A stretch of DNA of 64,000 nucleotides, taken from Laetmonice hystrix (lineage: Eukaryota). A model generated the notes under the pieces. The model did no database searches and was not told the origin of the DNA. It worked only from the letters and a program-made list of their open reading frames with translations. Below, piece by piece: positions 1 through 11,265 of this stretch (its first letter is position 1; each line of letters opens with the position of its first letter). The DNA is taken from the NCBI GenBank assembly GCA_965235115.1, contig OZ249436.1, positions 29,700,001-29,764,000 of the forward strand, in the 5' to 3' direction. The position numbers were made by a program, and so were the translations under genes.

Positions 1-1067
1 GACCTTAGACACTTTATATGGTGTTACTGGTGTTCAAAGGTACGTTAGTGAGGAACTTTTCTATTCCCTTTAATGTTTCATTCTTGTAGCTATTTTTGAT
101 GGCATGTGAATATGAACGCCACAGTGAATCCTCAATACCCACTGGAAAGGAACACTGCAGGAAACGTCAAATCTGAAGTAGTGGAAACGAACTTATAGAA
201 ATACATGTAATACAGCCCCCGACTCACTTTTGTTAGTTTTCACCCATTCCCGCCCCTCCCCCCACTGTCACCTTTGACGACCTGACCCGGTTTCAGAAAG
301 ATACAATTGGAAGAATCGAACTTTCGAACGGCTTTTGAATCTTTTGAGAGGCATTATATAGTTAAATGCAACAAAATGGGGGGAGAACCGTCGTCTTGCC
401 CAAGAAATGACATAACTTCCAATGGGGTCACTTGGGGCCACGCCCCCTCTACAATATTTAACTACTGAATTCCGGTGTACACCGAAATTCGCTTTGGGGG
501 CAGCCTGATATGATGACCGGCCAATCAACGCCATTTTCAGAATAGAAATATTTATTTCAGACTTCTTTACGCTATCATATAAGAAAAACGGAAAGTCACT
601 CGAAAATTGTGTCCTTTAAGTTAAGCTCTGTTGAGGGCCTCTCATTTGTTGGTTGAAGCTGATCAGCAGAGGACCAGCCAATCAGAAGTCCTAAGCAGAG
701 TTTAAGTTAAGATGCTCACCTTGATGAAACCGGACCCAGATCTCTTCCCAATTCCCAGTTAATTTTCCACATCAGCTGCCATATTAAACTACGAAGACGT
801 CTTTTTTTCAAATTAGCTCAAATGTAAGCCACATAGAACTTTCAGACCTAGTGGTCCTACAATTTGAAATGCCACTTTCTATGGGAGTTGTCTGTGTTTT
901 TTTGCACCCGAACGTGCATGTTTGGGATGACATACTACTGAAACAAACTCGGCTTGAAACAAAGGCCGCACGACTTCACATAATTCACTTTCTTTTACAA
1001 ACGTGCACAATGTTAATGATTCCCAGTTCGTCAAAACCCGGTATATTTAGTGTTTATGCAAATCTGC

Positions 1068-1379
<312 letters not shown>

Positions 1380-1649
1380 TCAGAACTCCGCGCAACAGGT
1401 CGACACTACCGACCAAACAAAACCTAATCTAGTCTTCACAACGTCAATGGACTGCAAGCATCACCTGCCTATACACAGCCAACCCCATGGTCCAATACAG
1501 CGATGTTCCAACCATAACTCACCCAGGTAACATGGAGGCAACACATATCAATTATTATTCTAAAAATGCAACAAAAGCACTGCCGTGCAATTATGAGTGG
1601 GCCCACTCAAAACACCCCTCCGTTTCCACACATGAGCACCGCGCATTAT

Positions 1650-1931
1650 TTAGTGCCAACGGTCTGCTTCCGGGTGATGTTTTAATATGTGTGCCTTGAG
1701 GTGCACTTTCTGTGTTGATGCATAATCACAAGAAGGACACAGAAAGGGCTTCTCTCCTGTGTGAGTTCTATGATGACGAAGCAGATTGCTCCGCTTTGTA
1801 AAGCACTTTGCACACACCGAACACTGGAAGTGAGTTCCGCTGAATTCACTTTGAGTATCACTATCCAAAACCGGTTGTTGATTCATTGACTGTGTCGAAA
1901 GATGGCCACTTGCTATGATCGATGCCGCCAT
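1650..1931 (-). CDS. Variable terminal exon V32, 2 C2H2 fingers
   Basis: ctgttacag|ATG GCG phase 0; [12 protein letters not shown]. Confidence 0.85.
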   Translation of the reverse strand: MAASIIASGHLSTQSMNQQPVLDSDTQSEFSGTHFQCSVCAKCFTKRSNLLRHHRTHTGEKPFLCPSCDYASTQKVHLKAHILKHHPEADRWH

Positions 1932-2425
1932 CTGTAACAGGTCAAATAAAGAGTGTCAATGAATCAGTGACCATTATTTACCCTATATAATATGTTTTAT
2001 TACAAATGACGAGGGATGGTTGAACACCATGAGCAGTCCGTTAGTGGTATATTTCAGTCGGAGTCACGCAATACGACTGCGTTGTTCATGTAGAACCTGC
2101 CTTTCCCCACCGTTACTCTTCCTCCAGTCAATATCAGTTTTTTTTAACCATTCAAATAACTACCAATTTTTGTTTAATTTTCTACATTATAGCATATGAC
2201 AAAGACGGCTCCAATGCCCTCTGGCAACTCTGGTCAGGTACACGAACTGGCATTGGAGATGGGTTCATTTTCTAAACTGTTTTGCAGGATGTCTTATCCC
2301 CCGAGGGTACCAAGCACTATCCAGTCCAATGAAGACAAAGTCTCAGTATTAACGACACGAGTATCCTTTACAATGGTCCCAAAAAATATCCTTGGGACGT
2401 CTTTCTCTTGTTTTCCTTTTGCCTC

Positions 2426-2713
2426 CTAATTAATACCGGTATCCTTCTGCAATCCATGATGCCTGATTATGTGTTTGTTGAGGTTACTTTTGACTGCAGA
2501 CGCATAATGACACAATTCACATTCGAAAGGTTTCTCTCCTGTGTGAGTCCTATGGTGGACACGCAAATTCCTTCGGTTTTTAAATAATTTTGCACACAAT
2601 GAACAACGGAACTCATTGATCCTGGGTTCACTATAAGTATCAATATCCAAAACCGCTGCTGGATTCATTGACCGTCTCGAAGGATGGCCACTTGACATGA
2701 TCGATGCCGCCAT
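2426..2713 (-). CDS. Variable terminal exon V31, 2 C2H2 fingers
   Basis: ctgttacag|ATG GCG phase 0. Confidence 0.85.
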   Translation of the reverse strand: MAASIMSSGHPSRRSMNPAAVLDIDTYSEPRINEFRCSLCAKLFKNRRNLRVHHRTHTGEKPFECELCHYASAVKSNLNKHIIRHHGLQKDTGIN

Positions 2714-3397
2714 CTGTAACAGGCCAAATAGAGAGTTTCAATGAATCAGTGACCATATTTTACCATATGTTCTTTTACAAATGACGATGGATGGTTGAAA
2801 TACTGGGCGGTCTGTGTTAGTGGTATATTTTAGTTGCAGACAGGCAATATGACTGCCTTGTTCACGTAGAACCTTCTTCTTTTCCCCATGGTTATTCTTA
2901 CCATCTTTGACAAAGATGGTAAATGCTCTCTGGGAACTCTAGTCAGGTAGACCGACTAACATTCTAGGGTACCAAGAATTATCCAGTCCAATGAAGCACG
3001 GGTTTGACGCCACTTCCTGCTATTGGAAAGTACCCCCGGGTGATTTAAACATCATTGGCGTGGAGATACACGACAAGATTGCCCTATGTATGGAGGCAGT
3101 GAGTGAAACGTCATATCCAATCCAGCCAGGTAGTAGTGCATTATTGAGACATGCTTCTTTGGCGTCATATGTGCAAATATAAATTTCAGGTACTAAGGGA
3201 AACGTGTGAAGTGGAAAAATCAATCACCTAATTTTGCGTAATAAGGTAATTTATCAAATTATGGGACGCATTATGGCGTCCATCATGTCCAACACGTGAC
3301 ACATGCTACAGAATCGCTCCGTTTGACGTTCTAATTAAGATCACAACAAAGAGAGACACTGAGCTACTGCGTTATTGTATCAGGATTCACATGATAC

Positions 3398-4132
3398 TAT
3401 CGTACCCCAAGTTTCACTATGGGCTACTCTTGCTCAAAACAATGGACAGACAACCGATGTCAGAGACAATCCTTATCTCTAGTTTAAATTGTGTACCTTT
3501 GATTTACACCCAGAAAGATTATATGTTCATTATAAACATTTACCAACCATGTTATGGTGTATTAAGGATTTAGCCACCGTTCTCAGATGTTCAGTTTGTA
3601 TTCATTGTCTGCTACCAGCATCTTAGGTTTACAAACAATGTAATCTCTTGGGTGACATATGTTCTCCATTGATGGTTTTCCCCAGCTTTCGTTTGGGAGG
3701 TTGTTTTATTAATGAAGGCAGTACAGTCAGAGGGGCAGAGTCGCTCATCACAGGGAACCCGTAATACAGGTGTTTTCTCACCTATTGTTTCCCACCTCTG
3801 TGAAGCAGCTCACTAGTGCCAGGATGTCGGCCTCAGTAATCACTGCTCATTAGACTGTCTGCCAGTGCCAACTTACTTGTCTTTAACAACAATATACAAT
3901 CCCCAAAGTGGCCTGCCCTGTGATGGTTTAGCCAATCGGGAGCCAGCATCTTTATGTTGTATATCATTGGTCAGTTTGAAAATGGTTTTCTCTATATATA
4001 CTCATGTTATAACTTTGTACAAAAGACTTGGAAAGTGAACTGGAATAAACTTCATATAGTTGACCAGCTCAACCTCGTCCTTCTGCTGTACACGCAGTCT
4101 TCTGGAATGTCGTAGGAACCCTCCGTACGATA
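3398..4132 (+). repeat. Element A 5' LTR
   Basis: Identical by eye to 5505-6239; CCAAT, TATA-like run near 3995 and AATAAA near 4045. Confidence 0.92.
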
Positions 4133-4226
4133 ATTGGTGGAGAACCCGGGTAGTTAGCTCTTTTTAGCTGCTAACAGTCCCTATATGTATTAGCTCCCAG
4201 AAGACACAGCCTGCCTGAAGACAACC

Positions 4227-5354
4227 ATGGACGGATTTCTCCCACAACCTGTTCTGGCATTTTTACATGATGCCAAGAATCTTGGAGTGTCGCTAAGCTG
4301 GTCCATCTCCAGCTCACAGGATAAGAAGTCCATAGTTCTGGAGTGGAATACCCATCCAGATACAGATAAGTCTATTTGTGTGTCATCGACCTCTGGTCAC
4401 AAATCTCCAAGCAGACGTCGCCGTGATGCTCAGAGATATCAGGCCTGGACCAAGAAGAAGCAGAAGACCAGCCAGCCATCATCCAGGAGTAGAGAAGAGG
4501 AGAGCAAGGGACCAGCCAAGCCAGTCCACCATCCTCAGGGGCAGAGATCAGCGGCTTTGCAGCAGAAACGTCACAAGAAATGCAAGTCAACTGCCAGACT
4601 CTCAACCCCAACACAGAATCAACATCTTCCTCCAGTAGTGGGTGTTGTCTCACCTGAGCAATCACCCAGGTGCAACACCTCAACCCAGACTGACAGGCAG
4701 GTGAGAGTGTCACATACTACTCAAACTTCTCAGCAAAGTGGTCAGGCTAAAGGCGTGCAAGCACTTTGCCCTGTGCCATCCGAGACCAAGAGTTGTCAGA
4801 GTGAGGAAGTGAACAGATCTGACACTGCTACTCAGACCTGGACAATCAGGGGTGACCAGAGTACCCAGACTGTGGGAAATGGCCCCCAGAAGACAAAGCA
4901 ATTGTTGGATCCCATGTGTCTAGAATCTAGTGAGCTGGAGTTCCCAGATCAACACTTCCTTGATTCCCTGGTCAGAAATAGAAGTGATCCACGGTCACTT
5001 CCCATACTGCATCAAGCTGGACAGAGAAGTATACCCGTATGTGATAAGAGCCTCACAAGGAAATTGTCTTATAGACAAGAGATCTATGAGAGCCATGTGT
5101 TACTCTCTGAACCCATTGATTACGATATCACACATATCAGAGACTGTTTTGGATTTCTTGAACGTGACGAGGCATTTTATCTTCTCACAAAGTATAGAGG
5201 GCTGCATTACCTTATACCAGATGAAGGACGTTACTCAGACTTTAAACAGTTGGACCATGCTGGATCACTCTGTGTGACACTTTTAATTTATGATTATAGA
5301 AGACGGAGGTATATCCAACCAGAACCTCGATATAATAACCTTGTTCAAGTTTAA
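4227..5354 (+). CDS. 375-aa ORF of unknown function inside element A
   Basis: Intact ORF filling most of the internal region; basic KSPSRRRRDAQR motif, repeated TQT motifs; no RT, protease, integrase or CCHC motif seen. Confidence 0.75.
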   Translation: MDGFLPQPVLAFLHDAKNLGVSLSWSISSSQDKKSIVLEWNTHPDTDKSICVSSTSGHKSPSRRRRDAQRYQAWTKKKQKTSQPSSRSREEESKGPAKPVHHPQGQRSAALQQKRHKKCKSTARLSTPTQNQHLPPVVGVVSPEQSPRCNTSTQTDRQVRVSHTTQTSQQSGQAKGVQALCPVPSETKSCQSEEVNRSDTATQTWTIRGDQSTQTVGNGPQKTKQLLDPMCLESSELEFPDQHFLDSLVRNRSDPRSLPILHQAGQRSIPVCDKSLTRKLSYRQEIYESHVLLSEPIDYDITHIRDCFGFLERDEAFYLLTKYRGLHYLIPDEGRYSDFKQLDHAGSLCVTLLIYDYRRRRYIQPEPRYNNLVQV

Positions 5355-5504
5355 CATGACTGCCAGGAGAGGAAAATCACATCTGTATCCTGACATTTGG
5401 TATTTTTCATAGCAGATATCTTCTACATGATATCCAGTCATGAACAATCATTTTTATTTTTCTTCGAGATTGGATGCTCCAATCTCAGTTGAGCGAGGGG
5501 GATA

Positions 5505-6239
5505 TATCGTACCCCAAGTTTCACTATGGGCTACTCTTGCTCAAAACAATGGACAGACAACCGATGTCAGAGACAATCCTTATCTCTAGTTTAAATTGTG
5601 TACCTTTGATTTACACCCAGAAAGATTATATGTTCATTATAAACATTTACCAACCATGTTATGGTGTATTAAGGATTTAGCCACCGTTCTCAGATGTTCA
5701 GTTTGTATTCATTGTCTGCTACCAGCATCTTAGGTTTACAAACAATGTAATCTCTTGGGTGACATATGTTCTCCATTGATGGTTTTCCCCAGCTTTCGTT
5801 TGGGAGGTTGTTTTATTAATGAAGGCAGTACAGTCAGAGGGGCAGAGTCGCTCATCACAGGGAACCCGTAATACAGGTGTTTTCTCACCTATTGTTTCCC
5901 ACCTCTGTGAAGCAGCTCACTAGTGCCAGGATGTCGGCCTCAGTAATCACTGCTCATTAGACTGTCTGCCAGTGCCAACTTACTTGTCTTTAACAACAAT
6001 ATACAATCCCCAAAGTGGCCTGCCCTGTGATGGTTTAGCCAATCGGGAGCCAGCATCTTTATGTTGTATATCATTGGTCAGTTTGAAAATGGTTTTCTCT
6101 ATATATACTCATGTTATAACTTTGTACAAAAGACTTGGAAAGTGAACTGGAATAAACTTCATATAGTTGACCAGCTCAACCTCGTCCTTCTGCTGTACAC
6201 GCAGTCTTCTGGAATGTCGTAGGAACCCTCCGTACGATA
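5505..6239 (+). repeat. Element A 3' LTR
   Basis: Direct repeat of 3398-4132. Confidence 0.92.
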
Positions 6240-6547
6240 ATACTATCGCAGTATTATATAGTGCCCTCTGCCTTTGGGAAGAGTACAATATTTCAGTTGC
6301 TACCATGCCTGATCCAGACCAAAAGCTGCAAGCACTGCCCCCTGATGGTAGTCCCGGCTTAATGTACCCATGATGCAATGCCCAAGATGGTGCTAAATAC
6401 CCCCGAGGTTACTTTTGAAGAAACGACCGAAGGATTCCTGATTGTCCAATGAAGCTATGTCTCAGCATTAATGACACCAGCGTCCTTTACAATGGTCATG
6501 AATAAAATACCCTTGGGAATGTCTTTCTCTTGTTTTCCTTTTGCCTC

Positions 6548-6835
6548 CTAATTGATACCGGTATCCTTCTGCAATCCATGATGCCTGATTATGTGTTTGT
6601 TGAGGTTACTTTTGTCTGCAGACGCATAATGACACAATTCACATTCGAAAGGTTTCTCTCCTGTGTGAGTCCTATGGTGGACACGCAAATTCCTTCGGTT
6701 TTTGAATAATTTTGCACACAATGAACAACGGAACTCATTGCTCCTGGGTTCACTATAAGTATCAATATCCAAAACCGCTGCTGGATTCATTGACCGTCTC
6801 GAAGGATGGCCACTTGACATGATCGATGCCGCCAT
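6548..6835 (-). CDS. Variable terminal exon V30, 2 C2H2 fingers
   Basis: ctgttacag|ATG GCG phase 0; near-identical to V31. Confidence 0.85.
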   Translation of the reverse strand: MAASIMSSGHPSRRSMNPAAVLDIDTYSEPRSNEFRCSLCAKLFKNRRNLRVHHRTHTGEKPFECELCHYASADKSNLNKHIIRHHGLQKDTGIN

Positions 6836-7326
6836 CTGTAACAGGTCAAATAAAGAGTGTCAATAAATCAGTGATCAAAATTTACAACTGAAGACAGACG
6901 GCTGACAACATAGCGGAGTCGCTGCCAGCTACCACCACTTTGAGTTCAGTGCAGCTAAGCATTATCAGCTGTTCACAGAGGCATCGGATTAATAAAACAT
7001 TTGACCTTTCCTTGTGGCATTCAGTCTCCTGCAAATACATAGATGATTAATCCGTCCTAGGGTGTATCAAATATACAGTCATGTTTTCAGACCATGACAT
7101 AGATAGGGCCATTGCCATCTGACCAACTGTTGCCGTCACATTGTACATGCACATCGTCAACAATCGCGGGTGGTTCTACAATGAAAATCAGCTCTGCTGG
7201 ATATTTAACCCTTAGTTGTTCACATATCCTGCCCACCTATGGAACGGTATGTCCAAGTATTCATGATAGGATAGAATTCCGCACATCATTCAAAGACGGT
7301 CACATTCTGAGTTCCGCTTTTCTATT

Positions 7327-7608
7327 CTAAATGTTATCCTTTTGCAACCCATGATGCCTCATCCTGTGTTTGTTGAGGTTACTTTTGTTTGTAGACGCAT
7401 AATCACACACTTCACATTTAAAAGGTTTCTCTCCTGTGTGGGTTCTGAAATGCTCCCTTAGACTGTCACTCCGTTTGAATTTCCTTCCGCATATAGAGCA
7501 GTCGCGGCAAGCATCATCAGGCACTGCACTGTAGGCACTGTATCCAAAGCTGACATCGCCAAAGGCTTTACCAATAACAGCACCTCCCTTTCCAATTTTT
7601 CTTCCAGT
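7327..7608 (-). CDS. Variable terminal exon V29, 2 C2H2 fingers
   Basis: atgttccag|ACT GGA phase 0; [12 protein letters not shown]. Confidence 0.85.
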   Translation of the reverse strand, partial: TGRKIGKGGAVIGKAFGDVSFGYSAYSAVPDDACRDCSICGRKFKRSDSLREHFRTHTGEKPFKCEVCDYASTNKSNLNKHRMRHHGLQKDNI

Positions 7609-7780
7609 CTGGAACATTTGAAAAAAACAATAATAAGTTCAAAACAGTTAAGCTTTTCGTAGAACAATTAATGCTTTGGAAGCTGCAAGTGCTACTGTGA
7701 TTGAGAGGCAAGAAAACTGTCATCCTGCTTTGGCAACGCAATTTGAGCACCCGGCAACACGTAACTGGGGTAGGTGCTGA

Positions 7781-8068
7781 TTAGACCTGCCAGTTATCAT
7801 GTTGGCTAGCCGTTGGGTGGTGTCTCTGCATGTGCTTATGGAGGTTAGTTTTGTGCGCAGCCGCATAGTTGCACAGACGGCATGGAAACGGCTTTTCCCC
7901 CGTGTGAGTTCTATGGTGGACCAGGAGATTATCCTTTCTGTTAAAAGACCTTGTGCAAAATGCACAGGTGAACTGTGTTCCTCTGTTTTCACTAGGACTA
8001 TGCACACTACGTAGTGCTTTCAGAGTCCGTGGTGATAGCTGGCCGCCTGACATGACTGGAGGGCGCAT
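7781..8068 (-). CDS. Variable terminal exon V28, 2 C2H2 fingers
   Basis: attttacag|ATG CGC phase 0; CAFC..RKDNLLVH. Confidence 0.85.
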   Translation of the reverse strand: MRPPVMSGGQLSPRTLKALRSVHSPSENRGTQFTCAFCTRSFNRKDNLLVHHRTHTGEKPFPCRLCNYAAAHKTNLHKHMQRHHPTASQHDNWQV

Positions 8069-8903
8069 CTGTAAAATGTCAAAAACACGGTATCAATATA
8101 GCAGCGACAACTGCAACGGGGATAGCATCCATTCCTTGGGCAACATTCATTGAGTCATGTACATTCTACGGCCTGTCTGAAATATCGCCTCATGCCTTTC
8201 AATGGTGCATAAAATAACAATGTAAAGGGCGACATGGATATCACGTATTTGACAACGTAGAAAAAGTTCATGTCATAAGTTTGATTTTTTATTTATTTCG
8301 TACCGACAACCCCTAACGTTGCACTTCCAATAATATAGTCTGCAAACATCCTGACCAGCACTCTAACCTGAGGTTGACCTCAGCACTGATGGTAGACCTA
8401 AATACTGAGCTTTCCATTTGTCCCTTAAAACAAAGAGTTTTAACTTAAACCAACGTAATCAACATTCATTCTATCGTTTACATCAAATGTCTCCATCGCT
8501 CCACTTCGTATGTGACAATCATATCGAGGATTCGGCAACTACTGAGTGCCACGTAAAACTTGTTTCGTTTCTATATATCAATGTAGGTTCAATCTCGAAA
8601 GCCTACCTTACTGCGGGCAACACTCAACATTTAAGTACATGCTGGTTGAATGGTCAATATAGACGACGTATTCAACCATCTGTCTAGCTTAGAATATCTA
8701 CGAAATGTAGTAAATGCCATTATACAAACATACAGGTCTGCTAATTTTACAGAACAGTGGCCTAATCTAATCCACGAAAGAAAAAGCGAACAGTGCTTGA
8801 AATCATCAACTGGTATCCTGTAAATCGGTCGAGTTCATAAGTAGTTTGGTTCACGTCCACACCGGCAGCTTATAATTTACAAACATCAGACTAGCTTTGG
8901 TAT

Positions 8904-9826
8904 TGTAGCGACCCTGACTGTGGGTGTTAGTTTTAGTACAGGGCCGGGGATAGTTTACTTCTCGTTGTGTTCATTTACCTCGAAAGGATTGAGACGGTGT
9001 GGCTGGAGTGGGGGAAAATGGACTAAGGTGTTAAATATGGGCAAAGAGGGGAGGCGAGACATAACACAGCATATAGTTGATAATGAAATATATTGGTCAC
9101 TTCACGGTCCCTGACCCGTTGTGGTTGGCGGCTTACCTGTTTCATGTGCACGTCATTTACAAATCAAGATAGCGGGTTTAGACAGAGGGAGGGGGGTACA
9201 TCTCTTGGGAGAGCGCCACTCCTTTGGGAGGCGAGCCAGCTAGCAACACACACCGCGGAACAGCAGGGTAGGTCTTCGACGCAGAAGGTAGCACTGGGTT
9301 GGAAGGCTCGGCATTGACCTATCAGTCGCCAGCCTCAGCCGGACCAGGTTGCCGAATGCACTTCCGCTGCTGGAAACTGAAGAATCTCTTGTAGACCAGT
9401 GCCGCCAACTGCGCGCTTACTCCGCTCTCCCGACTGCTGCTCTACTGCTGCTCTACTGCTGCTCTACTGCTGCTCAGGCGGGTGGTGGTGCTGGCTGCCG
9501 TCCCATCGGAGAGGGTGGATCACTCTCCCCGAATACAGGGCGTGCAGGCCCTTATAAAGGGAAGGGGGGCTGCAGCCTACAAGGCCGGCGACCAGTGAGG
9601 GGCAGCCCTCTCCACCCGGCCAGCGGGGCTGACCAATGGGCAAGCATCCGCCCGGGAGTGGCCTGAGATTGACGTCTCAGCTCCCCACTTGGCCACGCCC
9701 ACGCACGCACAGTATGGACACTGGCGGGTGGGAGGGGGGCCACCACGGTCACCGGCACACACACTAGAATAAGGCCTTACAATAAACTTAAGGGAAAACC
9801 GCACACACAAACCCAAAATCGCCACA
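8904..9826 (-). repeat. Element B 3' LTR
   Basis: Identical by eye to 16685-17607 (ORF-track translations are identical). Confidence 0.92.
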
Positions 9827-10449
9827 TCCCACCCTACCTTCGTAAAAACTCGTCCTCGAGTTTAAGGCAAGGAGGGAACCACATAAAACGGGAGTACAAT
9901 AAAAGCTAAGGTCAACAAGCACGTTGACTGACACAAGTATACTTACAAAAGTACGCTTACAAAAGTACACTTACAACAAAAGTACTGTAATAAGAACTCC
10001 TTGGCCTAACACCTGCTTTAATAACTGACCCAAGGAAAAGTAAACGATGGGAAGAGGGGCTGATCTGCCTCTCCCTCTCCAGCGGTGGGGTCACACGACA
10101 AAACTCTACTTTAACACTGGCCCAGAAAATTAAAAATAACGACTAAGGGGCTAGTCTGCCTCAGTCTCCAGCGTTGGGGCCTGTAAAACAAAATACGTTA
10201 ACACAATAATTACATCCTGTCAATCTAACACCAGCCCAGAAAATTAAAATAACGACTAAGGGGCTAGTCTGCCTCAGTCTCCAGCGTTGGGGCCTGTAAA
10301 ACAAAATTAACACGAATATCAAGTCCTGACAGTCTGCTTTAAAGTTTAAACACTTGTGGCTCAGAAAAATACAAAATAGCTACTGGGGCAGGGTGCTAAT
10401 CTACTCTGCCCCCTCCAGCGTTGGAGCCAATACACTTTACCTTTACACT

Positions 10450-11265
10450 TTACATAGACGGGGTCGCCGGAGATTCTAAAGACACAAGAGCCGAGCGCAA
10501 GACGTCAATGGCCCTTTGCTGCCTGCTGCCGTTCCTGACCTGTCCCTCCAACTCGTGGATCCGACCCTGCCGGGCGTCGATGGCCTGTTGATGGGCCGTT
10601 CCTAGGTCTTGCAGGTGGAGCTCGTAAAGCTGCTCCCGCCTATTCCAATACGCCCGTTGTCGCGTTGTCAGGAACTCCTGTAGATCTCTGGCGTAGCAGA
10701 GCCACTCCTCAATACTAGCCAGCTGCTGCTGCAGCTGGGTCAGATGCAGCCCGCGTCCCTCCCTGTCAGCCGGGACGGGCTGAGCGTCGAGTGCCGGTGT
10801 GACCAGACTCTCAGACGGGGGGCGCGTGGGTGACCCATTCCTAAGTTGGGGAGTTGGTGCTGGGGTGGCCGCCGGACGCCCTGCCGTGGACGCCGCTGGT
10901 GTCTGGCCCTGCGGTGGGGGGTTCTGGGGAAGACCCTCCCTGGTTGGGGGGCTGTCTGTAGATTCCCGACGGTTCCTGCTTGACGGTCCCGATGGTGCCG
11001 GCCTAGAGTGCCGTGGTGACCCTCGGCGGCCCATCTCTCTCTGCCGACGGTGGCTGGCCTCACGGGGGTGCCCAGGCTGCCCTCCGGTGCGTGCTCCTCG
11101 GTGGCTGGGCCGAGTTCGGTCGGCCAGGTGGGGCCTGTCCCTGCTGGTCGGGGGTCGGCGCTGCCCTCCCTGGGGGCGTGTGACGTCGGGGTTCGGCTGG
11201 CCTCCCCTGGCCGCCGCTGTTTCTCCGTCGAAATCGGTGCCCGCGTGAATCTCAATAGTGTCCAT
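10450..11265 (-). CDS. Extra 271-aa ORF near the 3' LTR of element B
   Basis: ATG-initiated, same strand as gag; Pro/Arg-rich N half, Gln/Leu-rich coiled-coil-like C half. Confidence 0.55.
   Translation of the reverse strand: MDTIEIHAGTDFDGETAAARGGQPNPDVTRPQGGQRRPPTSRDRPHLADRTRPSHRGARTGGQPGHPREASHRRQREMGRRGSPRHSRPAPSGPSSRNRRESTDSPPTREGLPQNPPPQGQTPAASTAGRPAATPAPTPQLRNGSPTRPPSESLVTPALDAQPVPADREGRGLHLTQLQQQLASIEEWLCYARDLQEFLTTRQRAYWNRREQLYELHLQDLGTAHQQAIDARQGRIHELEGQVRNGSRQQRAIDVLRSALVSLESPATPSM

Larger units (their letters stand above)
3398..6239 (+). mobile_element. Element A: non-autonomous LTR retroelement with TA...TA termini
   Basis: 735-bp direct repeats at 3398-4132 and 5505-6239 (TATCGTA...TACGATA); TSD ATAC at 3394-3397 and 6240-6243; PBS TGGTGGAGAACCCGGGTA from 4135; purine tract GAGCGAGGGGGA before the 3' LTR. 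Confidence 0.9.
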
